From a virus: a stretch of 64,000 nt of DNA. A program made the translations under genes and the position numbers. The stretch spans positions 2,338-66,337 of IMG/VR virus record IMGVR_UViG_3300031111_000012. One strand, written 5' to 3'. Under the pieces are notes generated by a model, which searched no databases, had not been told where the DNA came from, and was given only the letters and a program-made list of their open reading frames with translations. Positions within the stretch are counted from its first letter, which is position 1. The number at the start of each line of letters is the position of its first letter. Positions 9,002 through 16,549 of the stretch are shown here, in pieces.

Positions 9002-10333
9002 TTAAACGATAATCCTGCCCTGCGCCTTCAGGTTGCGTACTTGCATGAGGAGCGAATCCAAAGCATCCCATGCCTCGTTTTCCTGATGGCGCCCCAAACC
9101 CCCACGCCGGAAGTTATTGTAGGTACTCGCGATACTGCTAAGCACCTGGCGGGCCTTCTTCTCACTGATAGCACCACCCTCAGTAATGGACTTGTTGAGC
9201 TTCACCCGCTTGGTACCGCTGCGCTGCTTAGCAACACTGCTAACCCGGCGGATGGGCAGCTTCCCATCTGCACTTGCTTGGGGTTCCGGATTGAGTTGCA
9301 GCGCAAGCCGGGCATCCTGCTCTGAGTGCTTGCCCTTGCATCCCTTCATAAGCTCCGGCAAGTCGGACAGCTGTACCTGGCCCTGGGCTACGGCCTCCGA
9401 AACCTTCGGGCTCGCAGCCATAAGCAGCAGCAACTCACGCGCCCTGGCTTGGGTGAGTCCAAGGTAGCCCGCTGCTTCCTTGAGTGGCATACCAGCGCTC
9501 TCTACTGAAGTGTGGAGGATGTGCGCAAGCTCCGCGGGGTGGTGGTGCTTGGCAGCAGCACGATAGGAAACGAGCCGCTGAATGTAGGCCGCTACCTCCA
9601 CGGGAAGCGGTTGGGGCTCACCATCAACATAGGGGCGTGTATCAACCCATGCCACCAGCGCAGGCACCCAGGGGTCCTTGGGAATCTTGCCAGCAGCCTT
9701 ACTTGCGGCACCATGCAAAGCGCGAAGGGTCCGCATGCCGTCGTACACATGCAGCGCCTCGACCCCCTTGGTCACCCGTGCCACGACAACGATCGGCTGC
9801 ATTACGCGCTGGAACTCTTCCCAGTTTTCCAACAGGAACCGCTCGTAGCTTTTCATGTCCCCCATATCGAAGCGCGGGTGCTCCGCTGCCGGTACGATAT
9901 CGCTCAAGTGAGCATGCAGCACCTTCTCCCCATGCTTTTCCTGCTTGAGGAGTGAAAGCTTCACTGAGCCCGTAGGGGAAAGCAGCACACCCGCACCGAG
10001 GTTCGACTGCTTTTTAGCCGGAGCCTTTTTGGTGGCCGCTTTCTTCTTGGCCGCTTTCTTTGCGACCTTCTTGGAGGTCTTGGCCGGCGCGGCAGTTGCC
10101 TTCCCCGAAAGGAGGTCGTCGATCAGGATTGAGGCAGTGTCCGCTCCGGAAGCAGCGACCTCCCCTAGCAGCCGTTGAGCCTCCCCGATTGCCGCCTTCA
10201 ATGCGTCCTTGTCTTTGCCGTCAACATTGGGCACCGCGCGGATAACAGCACCGCGCACCATGTTGTAACCAGCAATGCCCTTAGTTTCCAGTACCGTTTT
10301 AACTGTCGGTACCACAGTCTCTTTTTTAGACAT
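9002..10333 (-). CDS. ParB/Srx-like domain protein with Lys/Ala-rich region
   Basis: HPRFD...MQPIVVV...VYDGMRTLRAL resembles the ParB N-terminal domain; followed by an HTH-like LKEAAGYLGLT. Confidence 0.65.
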   Translation of the reverse strand: MSKKETVVPTVKTVLETKGIAGYNMVRGAVIRAVPNVDGKDKDALKAAIGEAQRLLGEVAASGADTASILIDDLLSGKATAAPAKTSKKVAKKAAKKKAATKKAPAKKQSNLGAGVLLSPTGSVKLSLLKQEKHGEKVLHAHLSDIVPAAEHPRFDMGDMKSYERFLLENWEEFQRVMQPIVVVARVTKGVEALHVYDGMRTLRALHGAASKAAGKIPKDPWVPALVAWVDTRPYVDGEPQPLPVEVAAYIQRLVSYRAAAKHHHPAELAHILHTSVESAGMPLKEAAGYLGLTQARARELLLLMAASPKVSEAVAQGQVQLSDLPELMKGCKGKHSEQDARLALQLNPEPQASADGKLPIRRVSSVAKQRSGTKRVKLNKSITEGGAISEKKARQVLSSIASTYNNFRRGGLGRHQENEAWDALDSLLMQVRNLKAQGRIIV

Positions 10334-10979
10334 TCGATGTCTCCTTGAATTGATACAGGATCTCCTGCACTTTGCTTAATGGAATTACGGCAGCGTGTTC
10401 CCTAACCTTCACTACCTTTGGGTTATTCATGCGGTCGCGCTCCGTTGATACAACCACGGTGCGGAATGCCTTGAGATAGAAGTCTCGCTGCGGGTTACTA
10501 GCGCCTCCAATTACCCACATCTGATAAGTAATGGTCTCCTGTTCACTCAGATGCTCTACCTCTTCGTGAACCTTCTTTAACCCGGAGTCCCTCTTCCCTG
10601 TCACTACTACTTTAGCGTTTGGGGATTCTGCAAGCCCTACATCCTCTAGGGGTACTCGCCAGCCGGATTCGTTGCCAACGTCACAGGTCCTGATCCCGCT
10701 ATGGGTGCTAAAGGTCCAGAAGTAAAGCTCACCGATCTCCTCATCCCTGAACTCTACGTCGAAGGTATGCTTACCCAAGCGCAGTACCCTCCCTATGCGC
10801 CACTTTTTGCGGCGTAGCGAACCAAAGCCCTGTGCGATTACGTAACACTCCTTAGGTAGCGTTGTAGGGCTTCCTAAGATAGGCAGGCGCCTTTTACTTA
10901 GCCGCTTTCGTGGGCTCTTCGGTTGCTGCTTCATTTTCAGCCTCCTTATTAATTTGTACCGTGGCATCGATCCGCTCAA
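10326..10979 (-). CDS. Hypothetical protein (true start probably downstream of 10979)
   Basis: Long ORF in the operon chain; stop overlaps next start. Confidence 0.6.
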   Translation of the reverse strand: MSGSMPRYKLIRRLKMKQQPKSPRKRLSKRRLPILGSPTTLPKECYVIAQGFGSLRRKKWRIGRVLRLGKHTFDVEFRDEEIGELYFWTFSTHSGIRTCDVGNESGWRVPLEDVGLAESPNAKVVVTGKRDSGLKKVHEEVEHLSEQETITYQMWVIGGASNPQRDFYLKAFRTVVVSTERDRMNNPKVVKVREHAAVIPLSKVQEILYQFKETSNV

Positions 10980-11130
10980 TACCCCAATCCTTGGGCGCTT
11001 GAATGCGGACGCGCGCGCTGTTCCTTGAGGTGCTGAGTAGCGTCACCGTAATCGGGCCAACGCTAAACCCTGCACCTACGCGGCGCCCCATTACGAGTGC
11101 CGTGAGTTGCTCATCTTGTTTGGTGTTCAC
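10894..11130 (-). CDS. csrA: CsrA/RsmA-family RNA-binding translational regulator homologue
   Basis: LVMGRRVGAGFSVGPITVTLLSTSRNSARVRIQAPKDWGIERI aligns by eye with CsrA [44 protein letters not shown]; the Arg44 equivalent is kept. Confidence 0.75.
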   Translation of the reverse strand: MNTKQDEQLTALVMGRRVGAGFSVGPITVTLLSTSRNSARVRIQAPKDWGIERIDATVQINKEAENEAATEEPTKAAK

Positions 11131-11133
11131 AAT

Positions 11134-11436
11134 CTATCGCCTCCTGATTCGATTGCGGTTTGAAGCCTTACTACCTTTGCGCTCCTCTCTGAGCTTCCTT
11201 CGGATCGCGCTCTTAGGCTTAAACACGTTTAAGTTTAATCGGATTTCGGGGCGCTCCTTAAGGCGGATCAATCCGCCAGAAGTAGCAACCATTATCGATC
11301 GGCCAGTACCGCTGGTACCCAGCTCCCGGGACAGGTCAATCGTTATTACCAACCGCTGCCCTACGCCTCTACCAACAACCTTAAAGGACATATTGCGTAC
11401 GTTGGGTTGGAACTCGTCACTGTCTCCGCTTGTCAT
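11134..11436 (-). CDS. Hypothetical protein
   Basis: RBS GAGGAGG; LVITIDLSRELGTSGTGRSIMVATSGG core, Arg-rich tail. Confidence 0.7.
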   Translation of the reverse strand: MTSGDSDEFQPNVRNMSFKVVGRGVGQRLVITIDLSRELGTSGTGRSIMVATSGGLIRLKERPEIRLNLNVFKPKSAIRRKLREERKGSKASNRNRIRRR

Positions 11437-11798
11437 TAACCCTCCTCAAAAATATAACCGAGGGACCTAAACCTACGCCTGCAATCAGGGCACCGACTGA
11501 TAAGCTCGTAAGCTGCGGAATCAGAATCCACCTTAGACTGCTCCACTTGCTTAGGTATTGGCGCGGGTGGGTGTAACTCAGGCAACGGACTGTTATGCGC
11601 GTAGCCTCTCCTTAACATCTCCCTCGTTAATACTTCATGCCTATCGTGGAGAGAGGAATACTCTAAGAGGCCTTTCTCAACAAACCCCAGCATAGAGATT
11701 CCGCTATTAATAGACCCTACAAACATATGCACTTCCACGTGCTCCCCCAACAGGTGCCTCCTGCATAAAACTTCGGGATCAATCATCCATAGCCTCAT
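11436..11798 (-). CDS. Pyrimidine-dimer DNA glycosylase / endonuclease V-like
   Basis: MRLWMIDPEVLCRRHLLGEHVE...LTREMLRRGYAHNSPL, typical of the Pyr_excise family. Confidence 0.8.
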   Translation of the reverse strand: MRLWMIDPEVLCRRHLLGEHVEVHMFVGSINSGISMLGFVEKGLLEYSSLHDRHEVLTREMLRRGYAHNSPLPELHPPAPIPKQVEQSKVDSDSAAYELISRCPDCRRRFRSLGYIFEEG

Positions 11799-11824
11799 AG
11801 GTACCCACCTCTAACTAAAGTGCC

Positions 11825-11977
11825 CTATAGCAATACGCTTACTGCAGTGAAAACGATTACTCCTGCTATCAGCTCCGCATAGGTTGCTGCTTTACCCTTG
11901 AGCTTCCCCAACGCGAGTACGGCAGCAAGTGCAAACAGAAGTGCAGCCCCTGCCCCTACAACGATTCCGGTACTCAT
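11825..11977 (-). CDS. 50-aa two-TM membrane protein (below track cut-off)
   Basis: MSTGIVVGAGAALLFALAAVLALGKLKGKAATYAELIAGVIVFTAVSVLL, strong RBS AGAGGAGG. Confidence 0.7.
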   Translation of the reverse strand: MSTGIVVGAGAALLFALAAVLALGKLKGKAATYAELIAGVIVFTAVSVLL

Positions 11978-12005
11978 GGTTTATTTCCTCCTCTAAACGT
12001 AATTG

Positions 12006-12290
12006 TTAGAACACAAAGTCACTGGGTCCTGATGGCCGTACCCTTACGCAAATACCTGGGTCCGTATGCTGAACCTCTAGCGCAAGGAGCGTTGCAGGCC
12101 ACTGATGTAGGCCTCGCTCGTAGCACTCCTCCTGGTGCCTAACCTCTCCCTCGGGAATTACACCGCAGTAAAGGCTTATCGGGTCGATTTCAGGTACATC
12201 ACGATAAACCTCCATTTGGTGAAACTCGTGAAGCACATCCCTTAGGGAGCACTGTATGCAGCCATCATGCGTTATCGTAATATGTGTCAT
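12006..12290 (-). CDS. Small early hypothetical protein (N-terminus shared with 12812..13000)
   Basis: MTHITITHDG vs MSHITITNDG; RBS GAGAGG. Confidence 0.7.
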   Translation of the reverse strand: MTHITITHDGCIQCSLRDVLHEFHQMEVYRDVPEIDPISLYCGVIPEGEVRHQEECYERGLHQWPATLLALEVQHTDPGICVRVRPSGPSDFVF

Positions 12291-12310
12291 TACTTGCTTC
12301 CTCTCAATAA

Positions 12311-12337
12311 GGTGGGGCGCCGGTAGGACGCCCCACC
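12311..12337 (-). terminator. Intergenic hairpin / terminator
   Basis: ggtggggcg...cgccccacc inverted repeat followed by ttatt on the minus strand. Confidence 0.5.
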
Positions 12338-12363
12338 AGTTACGGTAGGCTAATGCCGCGGGC

Positions 12364-12717
12364 TTAGTCGGCCAGCTTCACCTCACCCTTAAGCCAATCA
12401 TAACGACTGATCTGCTTTTGCATGTAGCTGGGCACCTCGTGCTCAACCCGACCGCTGTACTCATCGATCAGCAAACCCACCTTGTTGAGGTAGTTGCGGG
12501 CGCGGGTATCGTTGCGCTTGCCATTGAAGGGAACCATACCGGCGTCGCGCATATGGCACAGGATATCGAACAGGCCCTGCAGGTGTTCCTTGTTCCACTT
12601 GTGACTGTCTGCAGGCAGCTTCACCATCGGCAGACTACCACGTGAGGCAGAACGGCGGCTACGAGCGCGGGTAGAACGGGTGGTTTTGTTTGCACGTTTT
12701 GCAGTAGACTTTTTCAT
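12364..12717 (-). CDS. Early hypothetical protein, paralogue of 13279..13557, with Arg-rich N-tail
   Basis: Start at MKKSTAKR after GAGAGGACGCAAAG; shared WNxExLQxLxDxxCHxRDxxMVPF...NKVGL core. Confidence 0.8.
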   Translation of the reverse strand: MKKSTAKRANKTTRSTRARSRRSASRGSLPMVKLPADSHKWNKEHLQGLFDILCHMRDAGMVPFNGKRNDTRARNYLNKVGLLIDEYSGRVEHEVPSYMQKQISRYDWLKGEVKLAD

Positions 12718-12811
12718 CTTTGCGTCCTCTCTTTTAGAGATTGAAAAGGCCACGACATTGTGACCGCATAGCGCACTACCTAAGGAATGCGCTATAGGGT
12801 TCGTGATGCCG

Positions 12812-13000
12812 TTAAGCTCCTGGGTGCTCCTCTACAGTCCTGAACCGAATCTTTAGATCACGGCAGTTATACATAAACCTGCCCCTAGCGGTATCGATAG
12901 CGTCCTGCTTATTATCGGTGTAGTAAGCTGATTCCTCCCTGCCATCAGGAGCAGGCACCCGGTAGTCGTAACCATCGTTAGTTATCGTGATATGAGACAT
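12812..13000 (-). CDS. Small early hypothetical protein
   Basis: Preceded by the repeated leader CTGAGAGGACGCAGCT. Confidence 0.7.
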   Translation of the reverse strand: MSHITITNDGYDYRVPAPDGREESAYYTDNKQDAIDTARGRFMYNCRDLKIRFRTVEEHPGA

Positions 13001-13012
13001 AGCTGCGTCCTC

Positions 13013-13204
13013 TCAGTCTGCGTAAAGTACCGAACCATCCTCATCGAAGTGGTAATGGTACAAGTCTGTTTTCTCACCAGGGTAGGGCTCACGGCCATAA
13101 AACAACCTGACCGCTTCCTGTTCCTGATCCCCCATCGATGACCAAACTCTACCGCCAGGGGCGTGCGCGTGGAGGTCAATTAATACAGTGGTTGCGTTGC
13201 TCAT
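13013..13204 (-). CDS. Small early hypothetical protein
   Basis: Preceded by the repeated leader GAGAGGACGCAAAG. Confidence 0.7.
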   Translation of the reverse strand: MSNATTVLIDLHAHAPGGRVWSSMGDQEQEAVRLFYGREPYPGEKTDLYHYHFDEDGSVLYAD

Positions 13205-13278
13205 CTTTGCGTCCTCTCAAAGTGCTACGCCCCTGAGCTATCAGGGGCGCAATAGAGTTAGTGTGTAGCTGTTAAGCC

Positions 13279-13557
13279 TTAGGCTTGCAGCTCCCAGGTG
13301 TACTGGCCGATTTTGCTGGCGATATACTGAGGAAGCCTCAGGGTAACCGGCTTGTCGTAGTTGTCCAGCATCAGGCCTACCTTGTTAATGAAGTACTCCC
13401 CACGGCGCTTGTTACGAGCGCAGAAAGGTACCATTGCGTGGTCGCGCAGGTGGCACATTGCATCGTAAAGGCTTTGCAGCTGTTCACGATTCCAACTACC
13501 TCCAGACTTACCAAAGGTCAGGGTTTTTGCTTGCACGTTGTTGGTTTGCTTTTTCAT
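13279..13557 (-). CDS. Early hypothetical protein, paralogue of 12364..12717
   Basis: Start at MKKQTNN after GAGGATATGAAG; shared core sequence. Confidence 0.8.
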   Translation of the reverse strand: MKKQTNNVQAKTLTFGKSGGSWNREQLQSLYDAMCHLRDHAMVPFCARNKRRGEYFINKVGLMLDNYDKPVTLRLPQYIASKIGQYTWELQA

Positions 13558-13628
13558 CTTCATATCCTCAATAAAAATGTTTTGATCAATCAAGCAGCGC
13601 TCCGAAGAGCGCTGCAGGTTTGTGGTTA

Positions 13629-13913
13629 TCACTCACCCGACGGGAGCTGATCCGCCAGTACCTCGTTGAACTCCTTGGAAGTTTCCAGGGTTACTGATAC
13701 CAGCACCTCCCCGTACCGCTCGTCATTATAGGACAACTCAACGTCCTCAATGATTTTGATTGCCTTGAGTCCCGTTTCACGAAAATCAGAAGCAACGTCC
13801 ATCAGGTCCTTGTCCTTCCACTCAGCACTCTCGGCGAAGTCAATCACGTCGCCGTTTTCCATAAGCACCTGACCCTTAGTGATTTCCAAATTACCGATAA
13901 GCATGACTTTCAT
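13629..13913 (-). CDS. Acidic early hypothetical protein (first gene after the long leader)
   Basis: Preceded by CTGAGAGGACGCAGCT; 94 aa, Asp/Glu-rich. Confidence 0.75.
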   Translation of the reverse strand: MKVMLIGNLEITKGQVLMENGDVIDFAESAEWKDKDLMDVASDFRETGLKAIKIIEDVELSYNDERYGEVLVSVTLETSKEFNEVLADQLPSGE

Positions 13914-13919
13914 AGCTGC

Positions 13920-14565
13920 GTCCTCTCAGTTGTTTAAGCACAGTGTGGGAACCCTCTCCTCTAAGAAGGCTCCCTACTGCACTCAATACAGCAAGCTGCC
14001 TGCATCCTCCAATGCTTAGCGTTAGCTTGCTGCATGAGTGAGTCCTTGTGGGCCTATATCCTTGGCCCTACTACATTGTCCCCTTTACCGACGTTATGCC
14101 GCGCCGTTCGGTCGCTGCTGTCATTAAGCTTTATAAGCTGCGTTAGCCATCTGTCACCTGGCTAAGCAAAGCTCACACATTGAAGTTACCCAAAAGCTTG
14201 CGCTTGAGGTCGTCGGTTGCATTTAAGCTAGAGCGTTTGCAGCTCGTACCCGATCAATAGTGCTGACTGTCCTTCCGGACTCCCTGCCACTCAGCGCCGT
14301 TGAGGTTTACCTGAATGTCCCGCTAGCTTGAGTCGGTATGTTGCAGCTCGATTTCCTATTAAGCTGCTTACCGGTGGAGGTTGCATTTAAGCTAGAGCGT
14401 TTGCAGCTCGTACCCTCTTCCTTCAAGCCATTGGGGATTTAAGCTCCTCAATGCAGCTAGCTGTTCAGTGGCATCTAAGCGAGCCCTGTTCGGGCGTTCC
14501 TGACAGCTACTTTGCTGAATTCTCCGGCCCCTTCCTGGAGCGCTTCCTTGCTGTACATCCTGTAC
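13920..14565 (-). ncRNA. Candidate structured leader / CsrB-like GGA-rich RNA
   Basis: No convincing CDS; lies downstream of a sigma70-type promoter; about 20 GGA by manual count, several in hairpin loops. Confidence 0.4.
14215..14415. repeat. Perfect 37-bp direct repeat (14215-14251 and 14379-14415)
   Basis: ggttgcatttaagctagagcgtttgcagctcgtaccc occurs twice, 127 bp apart; partial copy ttgcagctcg at 14341. Confidence 0.95.
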
Positions 14566-14569
14566 CATC

Positions 14570-14599
14570 ATTATATGCAATGATTTTACACAATGTAAA
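14570..14599 (-). promoter_or_regulatory. Sigma70-type early promoter
   Basis: Minus strand TTTACA-N18-TATAAT with an A/T-rich UP-like tract upstream. Confidence 0.7.
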
Positions 14600-14695
14600 G
14601 TTTTTTAACTTGTTGTTTTTACTAGGAAAATTTGCTCGAAATAGGTACTTTAGGTAGGAGTTTTGCAGATTTTTCCGGCTTCCTAGCTCCCTGAA

Positions 14696-15268
14696 TCAAA
14701 ATTTTCCTTTACCTCCAGGAGGTAAGATTTTCGGGCTTCCTCGCTCAAGCAGCACATCCAGTAAGCCGGACTGCAGGTACCCAGGATAGGCATGGTCAAC
14801 TAAGCTTGCGGTTTTGATGTAGCCCTCAAGCAGTGTACGAAGCGTTACCGGTACCCTAGCATTCTGCAGGTAGTCAACAACAACAACGCCCGCAAGCTTT
14901 GCAAGCCGCTGAAAGTTTGCCTGATTGAATAACGAGGATTCCTCAAGCAGCACCTTAAGTGATCTCGCTGCTTTGGCTAACGACTGTTTATCCCTGGAAG
15001 GAAGATAAGAAGCTCTCACACGCCCAACCGCGATTCCTGCATCTATGAGAGTGTTCTCTGCTTGATCAAGCAACAGGTCCGCAAGTGTATCCACACTCCG
15101 CTGCCGTCGCTGATTACCAGAGCCCTGTACTTCGTTGTCCTTAGCGACTGCCCCTTGCTGCTTAAGCAGTGCAATGAGTAGCCCCTTCTCTTCGGAGCTA
15201 AGCTCAGGCAGCAGGGCCTGCACCGTACTAAATGCTTTACTTGCCATGTTAACCCCTGCACTTTGCAA
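14696..15268 (-). CDS. Hypothetical protein
   Basis: 190-aa ORF in the minus-strand chain. Confidence 0.7.
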   Translation of the reverse strand: MQSAGVNMASKAFSTVQALLPELSSEEKGLLIALLKQQGAVAKDNEVQGSGNQRRQRSVDTLADLLLDQAENTLIDAGIAVGRVRASYLPSRDKQSLAKAARSLKVLLEESSLFNQANFQRLAKLAGVVVVDYLQNARVPVTLRTLLEGYIKTASLVDHAYPGYLQSGLLDVLLERGSPKILPPGGKGKF

Positions 15269-15473
15269 GATAGCGTTTGAGTTCCCTGATCCTCCTACGC
15301 AACCCTACCCGGAATTGAATTACTGTCGGATCCGCTTCCGCTAGTTGGTGAATGTTATCCAAAGCTGCTTGGTAACCCCTGTAGTATGCTTCCTTCCGAT
15401 TGCGCGGTGTGGTAGTAGCTTCGCACTCCTTCCATGCTTCCAATACTGTTTTTTGACTTCCGATTACGCTCAT
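15249..15473 (-). CDS. Hypothetical protein
   Basis: 74-aa ORF with upstream AAGGA. Confidence 0.55.
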   Translation of the reverse strand: MSVIGSQKTVLEAWKECEATTTPRNRKEAYYRGYQAALDNIHQLAEADPTVIQFRVGLRRRIRELKRYLAKCRG

Positions 15474-15530
15474 TGTGTTTTTGGTCCTTCGCGCCTGGGC
15501 CTGCGCCTACATACAGGCATGGGCGCGCCT

Positions 15531-15561
15531 AACCCATACCCCCTAAAGGGGTATATGGGTT
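15531..15561. promoter_or_regulatory. Intergenic palindrome with CCCTAAAGGG core (copy 1)
   Basis: aacccata-cc-ccctaaaggg-g-ta-tatgggtt; same architecture at 49179. Confidence 0.55.
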
Positions 15562-15574
15562 TAGGGGTTTAGGT

Positions 15575-15844
15575 TTAGATAAAGGCTGGTTGTTGCTTCC
15601 TTTCTTCACAGATGGAGTTGAACAAGGTCAAGTTCATATCTCCTTCCTTACCGTGTTTCTTTGCCCACAGCAGTACTGTGGTAGCTTCAAACCTTACGAT
15701 GCTAATCTTATTCACTTTCTGCCTGGTAGCCTCGAGTCCCTTTTCCTTTTCCCAGTTATCAATCGAGGTCCTTGATACCGAAAAAATTTGCATCAGGTCT
15801 GAGGTTGTCAACCAAGCCCTTTTGTTGCGCTTCTTACCCATCAT
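15575..15844 (-). CDS. Winged-HTH DNA-binding protein (MerR/excisionase/Nu1-like)
   Basis: WLTTSDLMQIFSVSRTSIDNWEKEKGL; RBS AGGAGG. Confidence 0.7.
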   Translation of the reverse strand: MMGKKRNKRAWLTTSDLMQIFSVSRTSIDNWEKEKGLEATRQKVNKISIVRFEATTVLLWAKKHGKEGDMNLTLFNSICEERKQQPAFI

Positions 15845-15900
15845 TCCTCCTAACAGTTAGAGGGTTTACACTTTGCAAAATATACAGCTGTACAGATAAT

Positions 15901-15926
15901 AAAAGGGCCACCGAAGTAGCCCCTTT
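15901..15926 (-). terminator. Rho-independent terminator ending the late/lysis operon
   Basis: Minus strand gggctac-TTCG-gtggccc-tttt (cUUCGg loop). Confidence 0.85.
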
Positions 15927-15934
15927 CAGTCAGG

Positions 15935-16549
15935 TTAGGATTTCTGCTTGGAAAACCTTAGCAGCTTCTCCTGCAGGTTTGCCTGCGAGATTGCGTTGCT
16001 AACATCCTTTTCCTTGCTGCCCCTCGAGGATCCGAACTCGAACTGGAAGGCGTCGGACAGCATCTTAAGCAACCAACCCACTGCAGTGCTGAGGATTGAG
16101 ATAACGGATTGCAGGATAACCTTGTCGGAACCTTCAGGTGCCCCAGCCACACCCATATAGGTAAGCAGTGCGATAATTGCAACGAGGGCCGTGAAGGCAA
16201 TCCCAATCATAACGTCTGCACGAGTATTCCGGTATCCTGCCTTGTGCAACTCAAGGTCCCTGCGCCTTGCATCCTGCCTATCCTGCAGGTACATATCCTC
16301 GAGTTCCTTTTCGTGGGATAGTAAGGCCTTCTTGAACTGCGCCTGCAATTCACGATCCTCCTGCAAAGCACGGAGAGCCTCAGGGGCAGCTTTCCCCGTC
16401 AATGCGGTGGCAGTGCTTACAACTTCTTCGGCTACTGCTCCTGCTTTGTCTCCTGCCACCCACTTAACGATCTGAGGCCCTACAAGCTCTGCAAGGCCCA
16501 ACGCAATTGCTAACGGTCCCATTAGTTCCAACCTCCCAAGTATCGCCAC
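15935..16549 (-). CDS. Membrane protein of the lysis cassette (holin-like)
   Basis: DRQDARRRD coil, two TM helices, C-terminal FEFGSSRGSKEKD motif typical of phage lysis-region proteins; likely start at MGPL (16522). Confidence 0.65.
   Translation of the reverse strand: MAILGRLELMGPLAIALGLAELVGPQIVKWVAGDKAGAVAEEVVSTATALTGKAAPEALRALQEDRELQAQFKKALLSHEKELEDMYLQDRQDARRRDLELHKAGYRNTRADVMIGIAFTALVAIIALLTYMGVAGAPEGSDKVILQSVISILSTAVGWLLKMLSDAFQFEFGSSRGSKEKDVSNAISQANLQEKLLRFSKQKS

Noticed and set aside
14215-14415. Calling the 37-bp repeats a CRISPR array
   Set aside because: Only two copies, a 127-bp gap and no cas genes; kept as a repeat finding only.
14392-14657. ORFs 14392..14580 (-) and 14451..14657 (+)
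   Set aside because: They overlap the predicted promoter and repeat, lack an RBS and have no protein-like features.
15575-15844. Excisionase implying a temperate phage
   Set aside because: No integrase or att site in the window; a wHTH fold alone is not diagnostic.
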